Source: Squalus acanthias
Lineage: Eukaryota
Reading direction: 5' to 3'
Assembly: GCA_030390025.1 (NCBI GenBank)
Contig: CM059432.1
Location: 138,262,001 to 138,326,000, forward strand
DNA length: 64,000 nt
Shown: positions 24,390-37,645 of the stretch, piece after piece
Numbering within the stretch: the first letter of the stretch is position 1
How the letters are laid out: the number at the start of each line of letters is the position of its first letter
Notes under the pieces: model-generated
The model's input: the letters and a program-made list of their open reading frames with translations, nothing else
The model's database searches: none
Told to the model about the DNA's origin: nothing
Made by a program: the position numbers and the translations under genes

Positions 24390-26130
24390 CAGAACGTCTT
24401 ACAGCACAGAAGGAGGCTATTCGGCCCATCGAGTCTGTGCTGGCTCATTGAAAAAGCTATCTAATTAGCCCAACTCCTTCCCTGCACTTTCCCCGTAGCC
24501 CTGCAATTCTACAGTTATTTCTGCTGAATTACTGACCAATATTCCTCCCTCAACCAATGTCACCAAAACAGATTGCTGTTTTGTGGGATCTTGCTGTGTG
24601 AAAAATGGCTACTGTGTTATCTACCTAGCAATAGGGACTGTTACTTGAAAGTAATTGATTGTGCGTATGAAGTGATTTGAGACATTTCTGAGAGATGTAA
24701 TGAAATGATGTGTAAAAGCTCCTTAAAACCTACCTCTTTGATCAAGCTTTTGATCACCTGCCCTAATAAGGAATTCAGAAGAAACCTCTTTACCCAGAGA
24801 GTGGTTAGAAGTATTTATCCAATTCCCTTTTGAAAGTTACTATAACTACCATTTAATGAAGTAAAACATTCCGAAGGCGCTTCACAGGAGCGATTATCAA
24901 ACAAAATTTGACACCAAGCCACGTAAGGAGATATTAGGGCAGGTGACCAAAAGCTTGGTCAAAGCAGTAGGTTTTAAGGAGCATCTTAAAGGAGGAGAGA
25001 GAGGTAGAGAGGCGGAGAGGTTTAGGGAGGGTATTCCAGAGCTGGGGGTTTAGGCGACTGAAGGCACGGCCGCCAGTGGTGGAGCGATGAAAATCAGGGA
25101 TGCTCAAGAGGCCAGAATTGGAAGAGCACAGAAATTTCGGAGGGTTGTCGGGCTGGAGGAGGTTACAGAGATAGGGAGGGGCGAAGCCTGTGGAGGGATG
25201 GGAGCACAAAGATGAGAATTTTAAAACCCAAGGCGTGAGCACAAAATCTATGCTGACGCTCCAATGAAACAGTGAGAGAGCTGCATTATCAGGAGTGCTG
25301 CCATTCTGGATGAGATGTTAAACTGAGGCTTTGGCTGCTTTTTACCATCGGTATAGATTCTATGGCACCAGCTCACAGAAGAGCAGGAGTTTTCCTGACC
25401 AATATTCCTCACTCGACCAATGTCGCCAAAACAGGCTGCTGTTTGTAGGACCTTGCCGTGTGGAAAATGGCTACTGTGTTATCTATTTGCAACAGGGACT
25501 GTTACTTGTAAGTCATTAATTGTACGTATGAAGTGATTGGAGTCATTTCTGAGAGATGTATTGAAATGATATGTAAAAGCTTTTAAAACCTACCTCTTTG
25601 ACCAAGCTTTTGATCACCTGTTCTAATAAGGAATTCACAAGAAACCTCTTTACTCAGAGAGTGGTGAGAATTTGGAACTTAGTACCACAAAAGGCGTGTA
25701 GATTGAGGCGACTAGCATAGATGCATTGAAGGGGAAGCTAGATAAGTACATGAGGGAGGAAGGAATAGAAGGTTATGGTGATAGGGTGAGATGAAGAGGG
25801 GTGGGAGGAGGCTCGTGTGGAGCTTAAACACCAGCATGGACCAGTTGGGCTGAATGACCTTGTTTCTGTGCTGTAAATTCTAAGTAATTCTATCCAATAT
25901 CTCCTTACGTGGCTCTGTGTTAAATTTTGTTTGATTACGCTCCTGTGAAGCACCTTGGGACGTTTTACTAAAAAGAAAGACTTGCATTTATATAGCGCCT
26001 TTCACGACCACCGGACGTCTCAAAGCGCTTTACAACCAATGAAGTACTTTTGAAGTGGAGTCACTGTTGTAATGTGGGGAAACTACATTAAAGGCGCTAT
26101 ATAAATGCAAGTTGTTGTTGTTGTTGTCGT
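24390..26130. mobile_element. Nested cluster of CR1, Deu-SINE and L2 fragments
   Basis: CR1 tail (-) 24390-24845; L2 (-) 24845-25235; SINE (+) 25240-25570; L2 (+) 25578-25627 continuing at 25895-26130; CR1 (+) 25628-25893. Confidence 0.75.
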
Positions 26131-27124
26131 CGTCGTTTCTTATTCCTCAGGCCAGGACGAGTTGCTGTCAGCTTTCTCTTCCTTCAGAGTCCTATGACTG
26201 AGTTGACGCAGTGGCTCTTTTTGGCCTCTTTAGCAGCCTGGTTGAGAACTGCTAAAAGGACTCACCCAATAACTGCAGGCAAGTCTTAGCGAGACAGAGG
26301 TGGAACTGTGGAAGACCAGCATTCTATTGTCAAAGGCACTAGATCACACTCTTTAAAAACAAGACAACCCAAAAATCATTTTGGCCGCAGAAAATAAGTT
26401 TGCGTTAATAGAAACCGCAGGAAGTTTAACAAAAAAGAGAAATATATCGTGGATAAGAGAGGCATGGCTCCTGATTAGTTGCTCTTGGAATTGTTCTCAT
26501 TCTAATTACCCTCAGTGATGATAGCAAGTGTTGGGCATCTTCTGTGCAAAGGCCTTCCATTAAAATGTTACACTATTTGTTAGTTGTTTAACGAGCAAAT
26601 GTCTTTCCTTTAAGTGATGCACGAAGCAAGTAAGTAGACATGTCCCGGTAGTATTTTTCATTTCTCAAGGTATCTGGCCTCAGAGCTGCTGATCCCTTGT
26701 GCTCCTTGACAAGAGTCAAGTGCTGAGGATGTAAAACGCCTGCCTCCCTATCAAACGATGTTGACATCGGCAGAGAAATGCCTGCTCTGTGTGCAAATGC
26801 CATCGGCGCTCATTAAAAAAGGAGTTTCTAACTACTCTCTTGCAAAGTTAAGATAATTCGTTTCTGTGACCTCAGTGTACAAATCTCCTCAGAGCTCCAG
26901 TGTAATTAAGCATACTCAGACCTTGCAAACACGAAAAAACACATTCGAGCAGTTGTCCTGCTCTTATTTTTTTTTAATTTGCACAGTAGTTTTCAATTTA
27001 ATGGATAGGGAACAGAAAAGCTCTAAATTACACTGTTCAGCAGGCTAGTAGAAGGAAGGAGATCCTTCAAATGCATATATAGGAGGAACAGATTGTAATG
27101 GAAAATTTATACCTTTCACGTAGA

Positions 27125-27630
27125 GTACTGTGCACAGTTCCAGTCTCCATTTTACAAAAAGGATATAGAGGCACTGGAGAATGTGCAAAAGAAGATTTAC
27201 TTGGATGATACCAGAACTGAGAGGTTATAACTATCAGGAAAGAGAAAGCGGGGGGGGGGGGGGGGGTGGGGGGTGATCTGATAGCGGTCTTTAACATTAT
27301 GAAGGGGTGGGCGTAGAGAAGAGGTTTCCACTTGTGGAGCAGTCCAAAACTAGGGGTCATAAATATAAGATAGTCACTAATAATTTCAAAACGGATTTCA
27401 GGAGAAACCGCTTAACCCAGAGAGTGGTTAGAATATGGAACTCGCTACCGCAAGGAGAGGTTGAGGCGAATGGCATAGATACCTTTAAGGGGAAGCTAGA
27501 TAATTCATTAGGGAGAAAGGAATAGAAGGTTATACTGATAAGGTGAGATGAAATAGGGTGGAGCATAAACATTGGCATAGACCAGTTGGGCCGAATGGCC
27601 TGTTTCTGTTCTGTACATTCTATGTAATTT
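27125..27630 (+). mobile_element. CR1 3' fragment (older subfamily)
   Basis: KTRGHKYKIV...RVVRIWNSLP and a CR1 3' UTR. Confidence 0.8.
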
Positions 27631-27957
27631 GATGGATACCCATAGGTGTAGATGCCATCATAGCAGACATAAAATAAATTATATTTCCTACTTTACCTGC
27701 CCTCCTCCTCTAATCTACACCATGCCTTGGGCGAAGGAGGCTTTTGCTAAAGCCTCTTTGCAACCAGTTGCCAGGTTGTATATGAAAACAAGCCAGGGAG
27801 TCTTCATTCATACCTCAGTGAGGAAGTGCTTTGCCATTTCCCCCTTCCTGTTGGCCACTGTGTGCTACGGCTGAGATTGGGAATGGACCGAGTGGAGAAT
27901 CCTTGCCATCTTATCACCCGGCCAACAGATTGTTTTTTTTTTAAATACCATGCAAAC

Positions 27958-28643
27958 AACATGTCACAAATTGAGCAAATACCTTATGGAGCTGAGAAAG
28001 ACACTCATGAAATGGGAACTGCACAGAGGTCGATTGTACCCCGAGGGGGGTTTCAGTTCAGGCGGGCGGAGTGCCAGAGTGAGTGAGAAGTTTGAGGCCC
28101 AGGGTATTTTAACTCTTGGACCTCGTCTACAAGCCATTGCGGCTTCCCCGATACAATAAAAGATTAAATCAGTAGTCAAATTAATAACAAAATACCATTT
28201 GGAGGAATACTGATAGCTGATTTGAAACTACTCAGAACCTAAGCTCAATTGGTGTTGAGTCCGAATGCGTAATGCTATATTGGTGCAGGAAAGTAGCTGA
28301 AGCTCAATTGAGTGTTTCATTGAAATCGTCGCCATGAAACCCTGTTCTTTGAAAGCAACAATTCTTTCAGAGATAACAACAGAAAACGCTGGAAAAACTC
28401 AGCAGGCCAGGCAGCATCCGTGGAGAGAGAAACAGAGTTAACGTTTCGGGTCGAAGACCTTTCGTCAGAACTGGAAAAAAGCAGGGAACTAAATAGATTT
28501 AAAGCAAGTATAAAGCTGGGAAAAGGGCACTCCGCCCGCCTGAACTGAAACCCCCCTCGGGGTACAATCGACCTCTGTGCAGTTCCCATTTCATGAGTGT
28601 CTTTCTCAGCTCCATAAGGTATTTGCTCAATTTGTGACATGTT
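27958..28643. repeat. Perfect 118-bp inverted repeat (27958-28075 / 28526-28643)
   Basis: The arms are exact reverse complements by direct comparison; the same peptide appears in ORFs 27826..28086(+) and 28317..28760(-). Confidence 0.95.
28375..28476 (-). ncRNA. Penelope-like terminal fragment with a candidate minimal type I hammerhead ribozyme
   Basis: Minus strand reads CCAGTT CTGACGA AA GGTC TTC GACC C GAAA CG TT AACT: CUGANGA core, stem II, GAAA, palindromic ACGT stem III, and AGTT/AACT stem I. Confidence 0.55.
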
Positions 28644-28652
28644 CCCCCTTTC

Positions 28653-28940
28653 AGAGGCCCCGTCTGCCCTCTCAGGTGGACAGAAAAGATCCCATGGCAC
28701 TATTTTGAAGAAGAGCAGGGAAGTTATCCCCAGTGCCCTGGCCCAATATTTGTCCCTCAATCAACATAACAAAAAAAACAGATTGTCTGGTCATTATCAC
28801 ATTGCTGTTTGTGGGAGCTTGCTGTGCGCAAATTGGCTGCTGCGTTTCCTGCATTACAACAGTGACTACACTTCAGAAAGTACTTTGGGATGTCTTGAGG
28901 TCATTAAAGGCTCTATATAAATGCAAGTTTTTTCTTTCTT
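28653..28940 (+). mobile_element. Deu-domain SINE, 5' truncated
   Basis: GAGGCCCCGTCTGCCCTCTCAGGTGGA...TATAAATGCAAG. Confidence 0.85.
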
Positions 28941-29422
28941 TCTTTCAATTGTAACTGAGGAGAAGAAGTCCTGGAATTCTCTAAATCGTGCACAAGAAAG
29001 TATTCTGTTGTTCTCCTTCCGACCAAAGGTGGCGCTGTCGAGTCCATCGACCCGCTGGTGCGGCCATTTTGAAGGTAGAAGTTCAGGCTAAGCATGATGA
29101 CCTCACATTATGGGATGTGTTTTAGATAGCAGGCAGAAATAAGGAACTGGATGCTGCACGTGGCAAAACTGAGGTGTTATTCCATTCAATCTGATATTTT
29201 ATAAATAGTTGCCCTCAATTTTCACAACGACACCTGCTGTAGGGCAAAAAAAAAAGTCATGGGCTGGAATTTGCTGAAAGAAAAGAGATGACCTTTTGAG
29301 CTGAGGGGGGGTTACAGGAAAAATTCTAACTAACCGGGCAGGCCACGAGAGGCACCACTCCAGCAAATTCCAGGCGCATACTGCATTCAATTTTGTGGAT
29401 TTCCTTATACAGGAAAATATCA

Positions 29423-31140
29423 TAAGAATATAAGAAATAAGATCATGGCTGATCTTCTACCTCAACCCCACTTTCCCGCACGATCCCCACATCCCTTGAT
29501 TCCCTTAATATCTAAAAATCTATCGCTCTCTGTCTTGAATATACTCAGTGACTGAGCCACCTGGGGTGGAGAATTCCAAACATTCGCTGCCCTCTGAGGG
29601 AAGCAATTTCTCCTCATCTCAGTCCTAAATGGCCGACCCCTTATTTTTAAGATTTTAAGAAAGAGAAAAATAAATCTGATTTTGATTTTGTTTTTGTTTT
29701 TTTTTCTCCCCAGCACAAAAAGTGCTTGTAGCCTAAATCTCTTGTCCTTTATCACATTATCCTCTATCAAAATAAAACCCAATGGTAACACAGTCTAGTT
29801 TCTTTTTTAAAAAAAACTCTCTTTGTGAGCTGCAGGTGGTTTTTGATGCCGAAAGCATTACTCAGTTGGACATGAAGAGAAATGAACTACAATGGTTACA
29901 GAACGATCATCTCAATCAAACCTTGAATGTAGACTTAGCGGCTGTTTGAGTGATGTCAGACCACATAACCCTATAGCTCCATTTACACCGGGTTTTTTTA
30001 ATAAACCACTGATAATCTGCTGTGCGTCGAATTTAAAACTCTTTTTAAAAAGATCTTTGCATTGGTGACGTTTTAATCATTGAAAAGTGTCAATTTTGAG
30101 AAGTAAGCAGTAGATCGAACGATGATGCTCACATCTGTGCCGTTTAATGTGCCGCACCTGGAGTACTGTGTGCAGTTTTGGTCTCCTTACCTAAGAAAGG
30201 ATATACTTGCCATAGAGGGAGTGCAGCGAAGGTTCACCAGACTGATTCCTGGGATGGCAGGACTGTCGTATGAGGAGAGATTGGGTCGACTAGGCCTGTA
30301 TTCACTAGAGTTTAGAATAATGAGAGGGGCATCTCATTGAAACATATAAAATTCTGACAGGGCTAGACAGACTGGATGCAGGGAGGATGTTTCCCCTGGC
30401 TTGGGGGGGGGTTTAGAACGAGGGGTCACAGTCTCAGGATATGGGGTAGGACATTTAGGACTGAGATGAGGAGAAATTTCTTCACTCAGAGGGTGGTGAA
30501 CCTGTGGAATTCTCTACCACAGAAGGCTATGGAGGTCAAGTCACTTTATATATTTAAGAAGGAGATAGATAGATTTCTAGACACAAAAGGCATCAAGGGG
30601 TATGGGGAGAGAGCGGGAATATGGTATTGAGATAGAGGATCAGCCATGATCATATTGAATGGCGGAGCAGGCTCGAGGGACCTACTCCTGCTCCTATTTT
30701 TCTATGTTTCTATGTAGTGCTTGGTTTGTGCGGTGCTGCTCCATCATGCCATTTACGCGCAAGAAAACAGGAAAACAAATTTCGAAGTAAAGACTTGTTG
30801 CACCGTAGAGCCCTTATCATAGAATCATACAGCACAAAAGGAGGCCATTCGGCCCATCGTGCCTGTGCCAGCTCTTTGAATGAGCTGTCCAATTAGTCCC
30901 ACTCCCCCTTCTCTTTCCCCATAGCTCTGCAAATCTTTCCTTTCCAAGTATTTATCCAATTCCCCTTTTGAAAGTGACTGTTGAATCTGCTTCCACCGCC
31001 CTTTCAGGCAGTGCATTCCAGATGTTAAAAAAAATTCCCCTCTGGTTCTTTTGCCAATTATCTTAAATCTGTGTCCTCTGGTTACCGACTCTCCTGCAGT
31101 GGAAACAGCTGCTCCTTATTTACTCTACCAAAACCCTTAT
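29423..31140. mobile_element. Three CR1 3' fragments: 29423-29645 (-), 30151-30712 (+), 30818-31140 (-)
   Basis: CR1 ORF2 C-terminal motifs (PHLEYCVQFWSPYLRKD, RRNFFTQRVV) and 8-bp tail repeats. Confidence 0.85.
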
Positions 31141-31249
31141 CTTTGTGGTATTATCGTTTCTCCTCCAGCTTCCCCACTGCAGCCTTTCCCCACTGTGAAT
31201 GTCCCAACACCCAATGTGGACATTAAACTAGGTTTGACTGAGAGTAGGC

Positions 31250-31643
31250 CAGGGTTACCAACTCTAGTTTGACATATTCCTGGAGGTGTCGTCACAAGCC
31301 CTCCCTGCTTCCAACCGTCCGGCCCCCACAGTCGCCCCATTGGTCGCCCAACATGTCCATATTCGCGGTGCCTCAACTTGCCGCGGCCAGTTGGAAAGCG
31401 ACTACTCTTCATTACCCAATTGGCTGATTCTTGATTGTCAGTCAAACAGCCTTTTTCCCAAGTCCAACATTTTTATAACTAACAAACAGAAATGTTCAAA
31501 GAATTTTAAAAGAAAAACACATCATTTTTTTTTAATGCCCCTATGATTTTCCTCCCGGGTGTTGTTGCTCGCAGCGAGTGTCCTGGAGATTAATCTTCAA
31601 TTCCTGGAGACTCCAGGCCAATCCTGGAGGGTTGGCAACCCGA
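31250..31643. mobile_element. hAT (Blackjack-like) MITE
   Basis: TIRs CAGGGTTACCAAC / GTTGGCAACCCGA; 8-bp TSD GAGTAGGC (31242-31249) / AAGTAGGC (31644-31651). Confidence 0.8.
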
Positions 31644-33714
31644 AAGTAGGCTCATTTCTCATGGTCGTACTGGCCCTGCTACCCTGAGACTGGGCGTGGG
31701 TCCATGCAATATGCCACCTGGTGATTTGGTGAAAAACCATTGAAAGTTGCACAGTGACAACATGTGAATTTAAGCACTAGTCAAGATTGCAATTGGAGCT
31801 CACTCACAGGCCTCTGGTTGGCAAGTCAAAATGCTACCTCTAGAGGGAGCACTATGTGGAGTTCTTCTGTTAATGTGATTTGTTGTGCTTGGCATTGCAG
31901 TTTACAACGTGCAAATTAGTTGGTAACTATGGTACTTAATTTTGATATAATGGATGCGAGTTAGTACTATTCCTGCTCATTACTAACAGAATTGAGATGT
32001 GGCACTGATGTGTGAAATGTTGTATTTCCATGTCTCCTTTTCTTGCATTTTTGGGCCCAAACAGGCTGGTCAATTTCAATTGGAAATAATGGAAATTCCT
32101 GAAGTTCCCAGGAGTACAAGGGTTAATTACATTTGGATTGAGAAAGTGATTAACAGCTTTAAATTACATGCACCAACGATTTGAGCGACAGCCTTTTTTT
32201 AATAATCACTCACCACCATTGGTCAATGTGACAATTTCAAAATGGTGTCATAAAAAAAATGAACACCGGAACAAAAGTACTAATTCCTGCCCAGATCTGC
32301 AACATACGCAGATAAATAGATACAAATGGGGCACTGCCTCATTAAGGCATCTAAGAATCCATAATCTGTGTATAGGTGCACAAGCAACTAATGCACAAGC
32401 AAGTTAGTTCTTTTTGCACCTCCTTGTGAGTGCAAGTTATTGCGTATCATGTACTTGTGAAACATCCTCTTCGCGCCACGTTAGTATTTTTATAATTCAG
32501 AAAGGAAGACATTCCCCCCCCCCCATTATTTTTAGACATAGAGGGCAGTTTTATATGGCGGAGTTGTCATTCAGGTAGGAGAAGTCACGAAGGAAACATT
32601 ATGGGATGAACTCTTGGAAGGGGATGGTTAGCTGCCATACCAACTGCACATCGTAGGGAGGAGTTGGTGCACGGACAAGGGGCAGGAGGAAGAGGAAGAG
32701 TTAGGCCAAGGCAGAGATGAAGGGAGCCAACCGTTTTGTTGGTGGAGCAGTCCAGGTTAGGATTGTTAGGGTTTGTAAGTAGTGTTCAATCGTGAGCCCA
32801 GGGTCTTGTTCAGTTAATGAGGTCCACAGCAAGTTGACCCTGAAGTTAATCTCTGTCAAGGATGTTAGACCTTGTTAGGTTTAATATTCTCTGTTGTGAA
32901 TTGCTTGAAGTAGCGTGTGAGGTGTTTGAGTCCTTTATTGCACATGTTTCGTTTTCTTAAAGTGAGAGCTTTTAATATTACTTTTGTAGGCTGGGATGTG
33001 AGTGTTCAAAGTATTCACTAAAGTTGCTTCTAAAAAGTACTGACCATTCTATACTTGCGCACCAGGTTTAGGTTCGACACAGAATAGTAAATTCATGAAA
33101 ATAGTCATTCATTAAATAACAGTCCAAAGAATTACATAAATAATACAGCACAGAATCAGGCCATTCGGCCCATAAGGTCTATGCCAGCGTTTATGCTCCA
33201 CATATATTTATCTTTATTTAAATAGTTAAATGAAAAACATTCATTTTTTTGGTATCTTTGCTGCTTCTTTTTGAATTTAAAATTACATTTGTTTATTTTA
33301 GAATAAAGATATTTCCTCCCCACCTCCCCCCACCTCAATCAGTTCAAGTAGATGCTTCAAATCGATCTCTAGTTAACCTGTTGATCACTGGGAGGTAGAA
33401 GTGGTGGTAAACAGTTGCCTTTTGGTAAATTGCGGTAAATGATTCCCAATGTCAAGTGGAGTATCCCAAGGAGAAGCCAAATAGACAGGCAAATGAGTCA
33501 CCTTATGCTGCCCTTGTGTGCACCCTACCCTTTGTTTTCAGAGTGACTTTGACCTGCAGTTACCCACCATCTCAATGATGTGTGCAGCAGAAAAGCTGAA
33601 GAGGTAAAATATAATATATAAAAATAATGAATGTGTGATTGATAAGCTGGGATTGTTCTCCTTAGAGCCGAGAAGGTTAAGGGGAGATTTAATTGAGGCG
33701 TTCAAAATCATGAA

Positions 33715-36700
33715 GGGTTTTGATAAGGTACTGCATAATAGACTAATGAATAATGTTGGAGCATGCAAAGTAAGAGGACAAGTAGGAGAATGGTTAGCTA
33801 GCTGGCTGCAAGGCAGAAAGCAGAAAGTAGGGGTAAAGGGTAGCTATTCAGAGTGGCAGAAGGTGAGAAGTGAGGTCCTAAAAGGTTCTACCTCTGAGAA
33901 ATACCATGGGGCAAAAAATGTTAGTGGGAGTTGTATACAGACCCCCAAACAGTAATGGTGAGGTTGGGGATGGCATTAAACGGGAAATTAGAGACGCGTG
34001 CAATAAGGGCATAGCAGTTATCATGGGTGATATCTACATATAGATTGGGCTAACCAAATTAGTAACAATACTGTGGAGGAGGAATTCCTAGAGTGTATAC
34101 GGGATGGTTTCCTGGACCAATATGTCGAGGAACTAACTAGAGATCAGGCCATCTTAGACTGGGTATTATGTAATGAGAAAGGATTAATTAGCAATCTTGT
34201 TGTGCGAGGCTCCTTGGGGAGGAGCGATCATAATATGATAGAATTCTTCATTAAGATGGAGAGTGAAGTAGTTGACTCAGAGACTAGGGTCCTGAATTTA
34301 AATAAAGGAAACTACGATGGTATGAGGCACGAGTTGGCTAGGATGGATTGGGGAACGTTACTTAAAGGGTTGACAGTGGATAGGCAATGGCAAACATTTA
34401 AAGATTGCATGGATGAACTACAGAATTTGTTCATCCCTGTTTGGCATAAAAATAAAACAAAAACGGTGACTCAACCATGGCTAACAAGAGAAATTAGGGA
34501 TAGCATAAGATTCAAGGAGAGGACATATAATTTGGCCAGAAAAAGCAGCAAACCTGAGGATTGGGAGCAGTTTAGGATTCAGCAAAGGAGGACAAAGGGA
34601 TTAATTAAGAAGGGGAAAATAGATTATGAGAGTAAGCTTTCAGGGAACATAAAAACTGACTGTAAAAGCTTCTATAGATATGTGAAGAGAAAAAGATTGG
34701 TGAAGTCAAGCATAGGTCCCTTGCATTCAGAATCAGGGAAATTTATAATGGGGAACAAAGAAATGGCAGACCAATTAAATACATACTTTGGTTCTGTCTT
34801 CTCAAAGGAGGACACAAATAACCTCCCAGAGATGTTGGGGAACATAGGGTCTAATGAGAGGGAGGAATTGAATGAAATCAGTATTTGTAGGGAAATGGTG
34901 TTTGGGAAATTGACGGGATTGAAGGATGATAAATCCCCAGGGCCTGATAATCTACATCCTAGGGTAATTAAGGAAGTGGCCCTAGAAATAGTAGATGCAT
35001 TGCTGGTCATCTTCCAAAATTCTATGGACTCTGGAACAGTTCCCATGGATTGGAGGATAGCTAATGTAACCCCACTATTTAAAAAAGGTGGCAGAGAGAA
35101 AACGGGGAATTATAGACTGGTAAGCCTGACATCGGTAGTGGGGAAAATGCTAGAGTCCATTATAAAAGATGTAATAGCAGAGCACTTGGAAAACAGTGAC
35201 AGGATCGGACATAAGAGATTAGCGTGCAAAGTTAAAGCACATGGGATTGGGGGTAAGGTACTGACTTGGATAGAGAACTGGTTGGCAGACAGGAGCAAAG
35301 AGTTGGAATAAACGAGTCTTTTTCCGAGTGGCAGGCAGTGACTAGTGGGGTACCGCAGGGATCGGTGCTAGGACCCCAGTTATTCACAATATATATTAAT
35401 GATCTAGACAAGGGAACTAGATGTAATATCTCCAAGTTTGCAGATGACACAAAGCTGGGTGGGTGTGTGTGCTGTGAGGAGGATGCAGAGAAACTCCAAT
35501 ATGATTTGGACAGGTTGGGTGATTGGGCAGATGCATGGCAGATGCAGTATAATGTGGATAAATGCGAGGTTATCCATTTTGGCGGCAAAAACAGGAAGGC
35601 AGATTATTATCTGAACGGCAATAGATTAGGTAAAGGGGAAGTGCAACGAGACCTGGGTGTCCTTGTGCACCAGTCGCTGAAGGTAAGCATGCAGGTACAG
35701 CAGGCGGTTAAGAAGGCAAATGGTATGTTGGCCTTCATACCGAGAGGATTCGAGTACAGGAGCAAGGATGTCTTGCTGCAGTTGTACAGGGCCTTGGTGA
35801 GACCACATCTTGAGTATTGTGTGCAGTTTTGGTCGCCTTATCAGAGGAAGGATGTTCTTGCCATGGAGAGAGTGCAGCGATGATTCACCAGACTGATACC
35901 TGGGATGGCAGGAATGACGTATGAGGAGAGATTGGGTCGATTAGGCTTATATTCACTGGAGTTTAGAAGAATGAGAGGGGATCTCATTGAAACTTATAAC
36001 ATTCTAACAGGACTAGACAGACTAGATGCAGGAAGGATGTTCCCGATGGCGGGGGAGTCCAGAACCAGGGGTCACAGTCTAAGGATAAGGCGTAAGCCAT
36101 TTAGGACAGAGATGAGGAGGAATTTCTTCACCCAGAGAGTGGTGAACCTGTGGAATTCTCTACCACACAAGGCAGTTGAGGCCAATTCATTAAATATATT
36201 CAAGAAGAAGTTAGATATATTTCTTAAGGCTAAAGGGATCAAGGGATATGGGGAGAAAGCAGGGACAGGGTACTGAATTTGGATGATCAGCCATGATCTC
36301 ATTAAATGACGGAACAGGCTCGAGGGGCTGAATGGCCTACTCCTGCTCCTATCTTCTATGTTTCTATGTGCTGGAACCACTGTTGCTTGTAATTTATATT
36401 AACGATTTTGACTTTGGAATCAAAAACATAATTTCTTAATTTGCGGATGACACCAAAATGGGGGGGATAGTCAATACTGTGGAGGACTGCAACAAATTAC
36501 AGGAAGGTATTAGTAAACTTGCAGAATGGGTATATAATTGGCAAATGAATTTCAGCATAGATAAGTGTGAGGTATTACATTTTGGTAGGAGAAATAAAGA
36601 GGTCACATATTACTTGGTAAATAAAAATCTAAATGGGGTAGAGGATCAAAGGGATCTGGGAGTACAAATACACAAATCATTAAAAGTAGCAACATAGGTT

Positions 36701-37340
36701 AAATTAGGCCATAAAAAATCAAACCAAGCACTAGGGTATATTTCTAGAGGGATAGAGTTGAAAAGTAGAGAAGTTGTACTAAACTTCTATTGAACCTTGG
36801 TTAGACCACATTGTGTACTGTTCTGGTTGCCATATTATAAAAAGGATGTTGAGGCACTGGAGAGGGTGCAAAAAAGATTTACAAGGATGATACCAGAACT
36901 GTGAGGTTATACCTATCAGGACAGGCTGGGTCTCTTTTCTCTTGAAAAGAGAAGGCTGAGGGGTGACCTAATAGAGGTCTTTAAAATTATGAAAGGTTTT
37001 GATAGAGTGGATACAGAGAGAATGTTTCCACTTGTGGGGAAGAGTGTAACTAGAGGCCATCAATATAAGATGGTCACCAAGAAATCCAATAGGGAATTCA
37101 GAAGAAACTTCTTTACCCAAAGAGTGATGAGAATGTGGAACTCGCTACCATAGGAAGTGGTTGAGGTGAATAGTATAGATGCATTTAAGGGGAAGCTAGA
37201 TAAGCATATGAGGGAGAAGGGAATAGAGGGTTATGCTGATAGTTAGATGAGGAAGGATGGCAGGAGGCTCAAGCGGAGCATAAACGCCAGCATTGACTGG
37301 TTGGGCCGAATGGCCTGTTTCTGGCTGTAGATCCTATGTA
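33715..37340 (+). mobile_element. Older CR1 ORF2 (33715-33885 + 36369-37340) split by a younger CR1
   Basis: FDKVLHNRL...WQKVRSEVLKG is interrupted and resumes as a degenerate (V)LEPLLLVIYIND...FADDTK after 36369. Confidence 0.8.
33905..36368 (+). mobile_element. 2.5-kb CR1 LINE (endonuclease C-terminal part + RT + 3' UTR), defective
   Basis: VYRPP, ILDWVL, SDH endonuclease motifs; KSPGPDNLHPRV, GVPQGSVLGP, FADD RT motifs. It has a frameshift near 35300, a stop at 35881 and an in-frame deletion near 35209. Confidence 0.95.
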
Positions 37341-37645
37341 TTTCTATGTAATTCTATGTCGTCAATAAACTATTTCCAGTGGCAGGAGGGTCAGTAACCA
37401 GAGGACACAGATTTAAGGTAATTGACGAAAGAGCCAGAAGTGAAATGAGAGAATTTTTTTAATGCAGCGAGTTGTTGTGATCTGGAATGCGCTGCCTGAA
37501 AGGGCGGTGGAAGCAGATTCAACAGTAACTTTCAAAATGGATTTCGATAAATACTTGAAGGGGAGAAAATTGCAGGGCTATGGGGAAAGAGCAGGGGAGC
37601 GGGACGAATTGCATAGTTCTATCAGGGAGCTGGCACAGGCACAAT

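Noticed and set aside
29019..29038. CTCF-like motif ACCAAAGGTGGCGC
   Set aside because: The 5' half mismatches the consensus at several core positions.
32540..33050. Possible ancient L2/Crack-like remnant (similar case at ~45640-46200)
   Set aside because: Only faint motif resemblance; too degenerate to assign without an HMM search.
34073..36276. Active LINE or host RT gene
   Set aside because: 5'-truncated, with an RT deletion, a frameshift and a premature stop.
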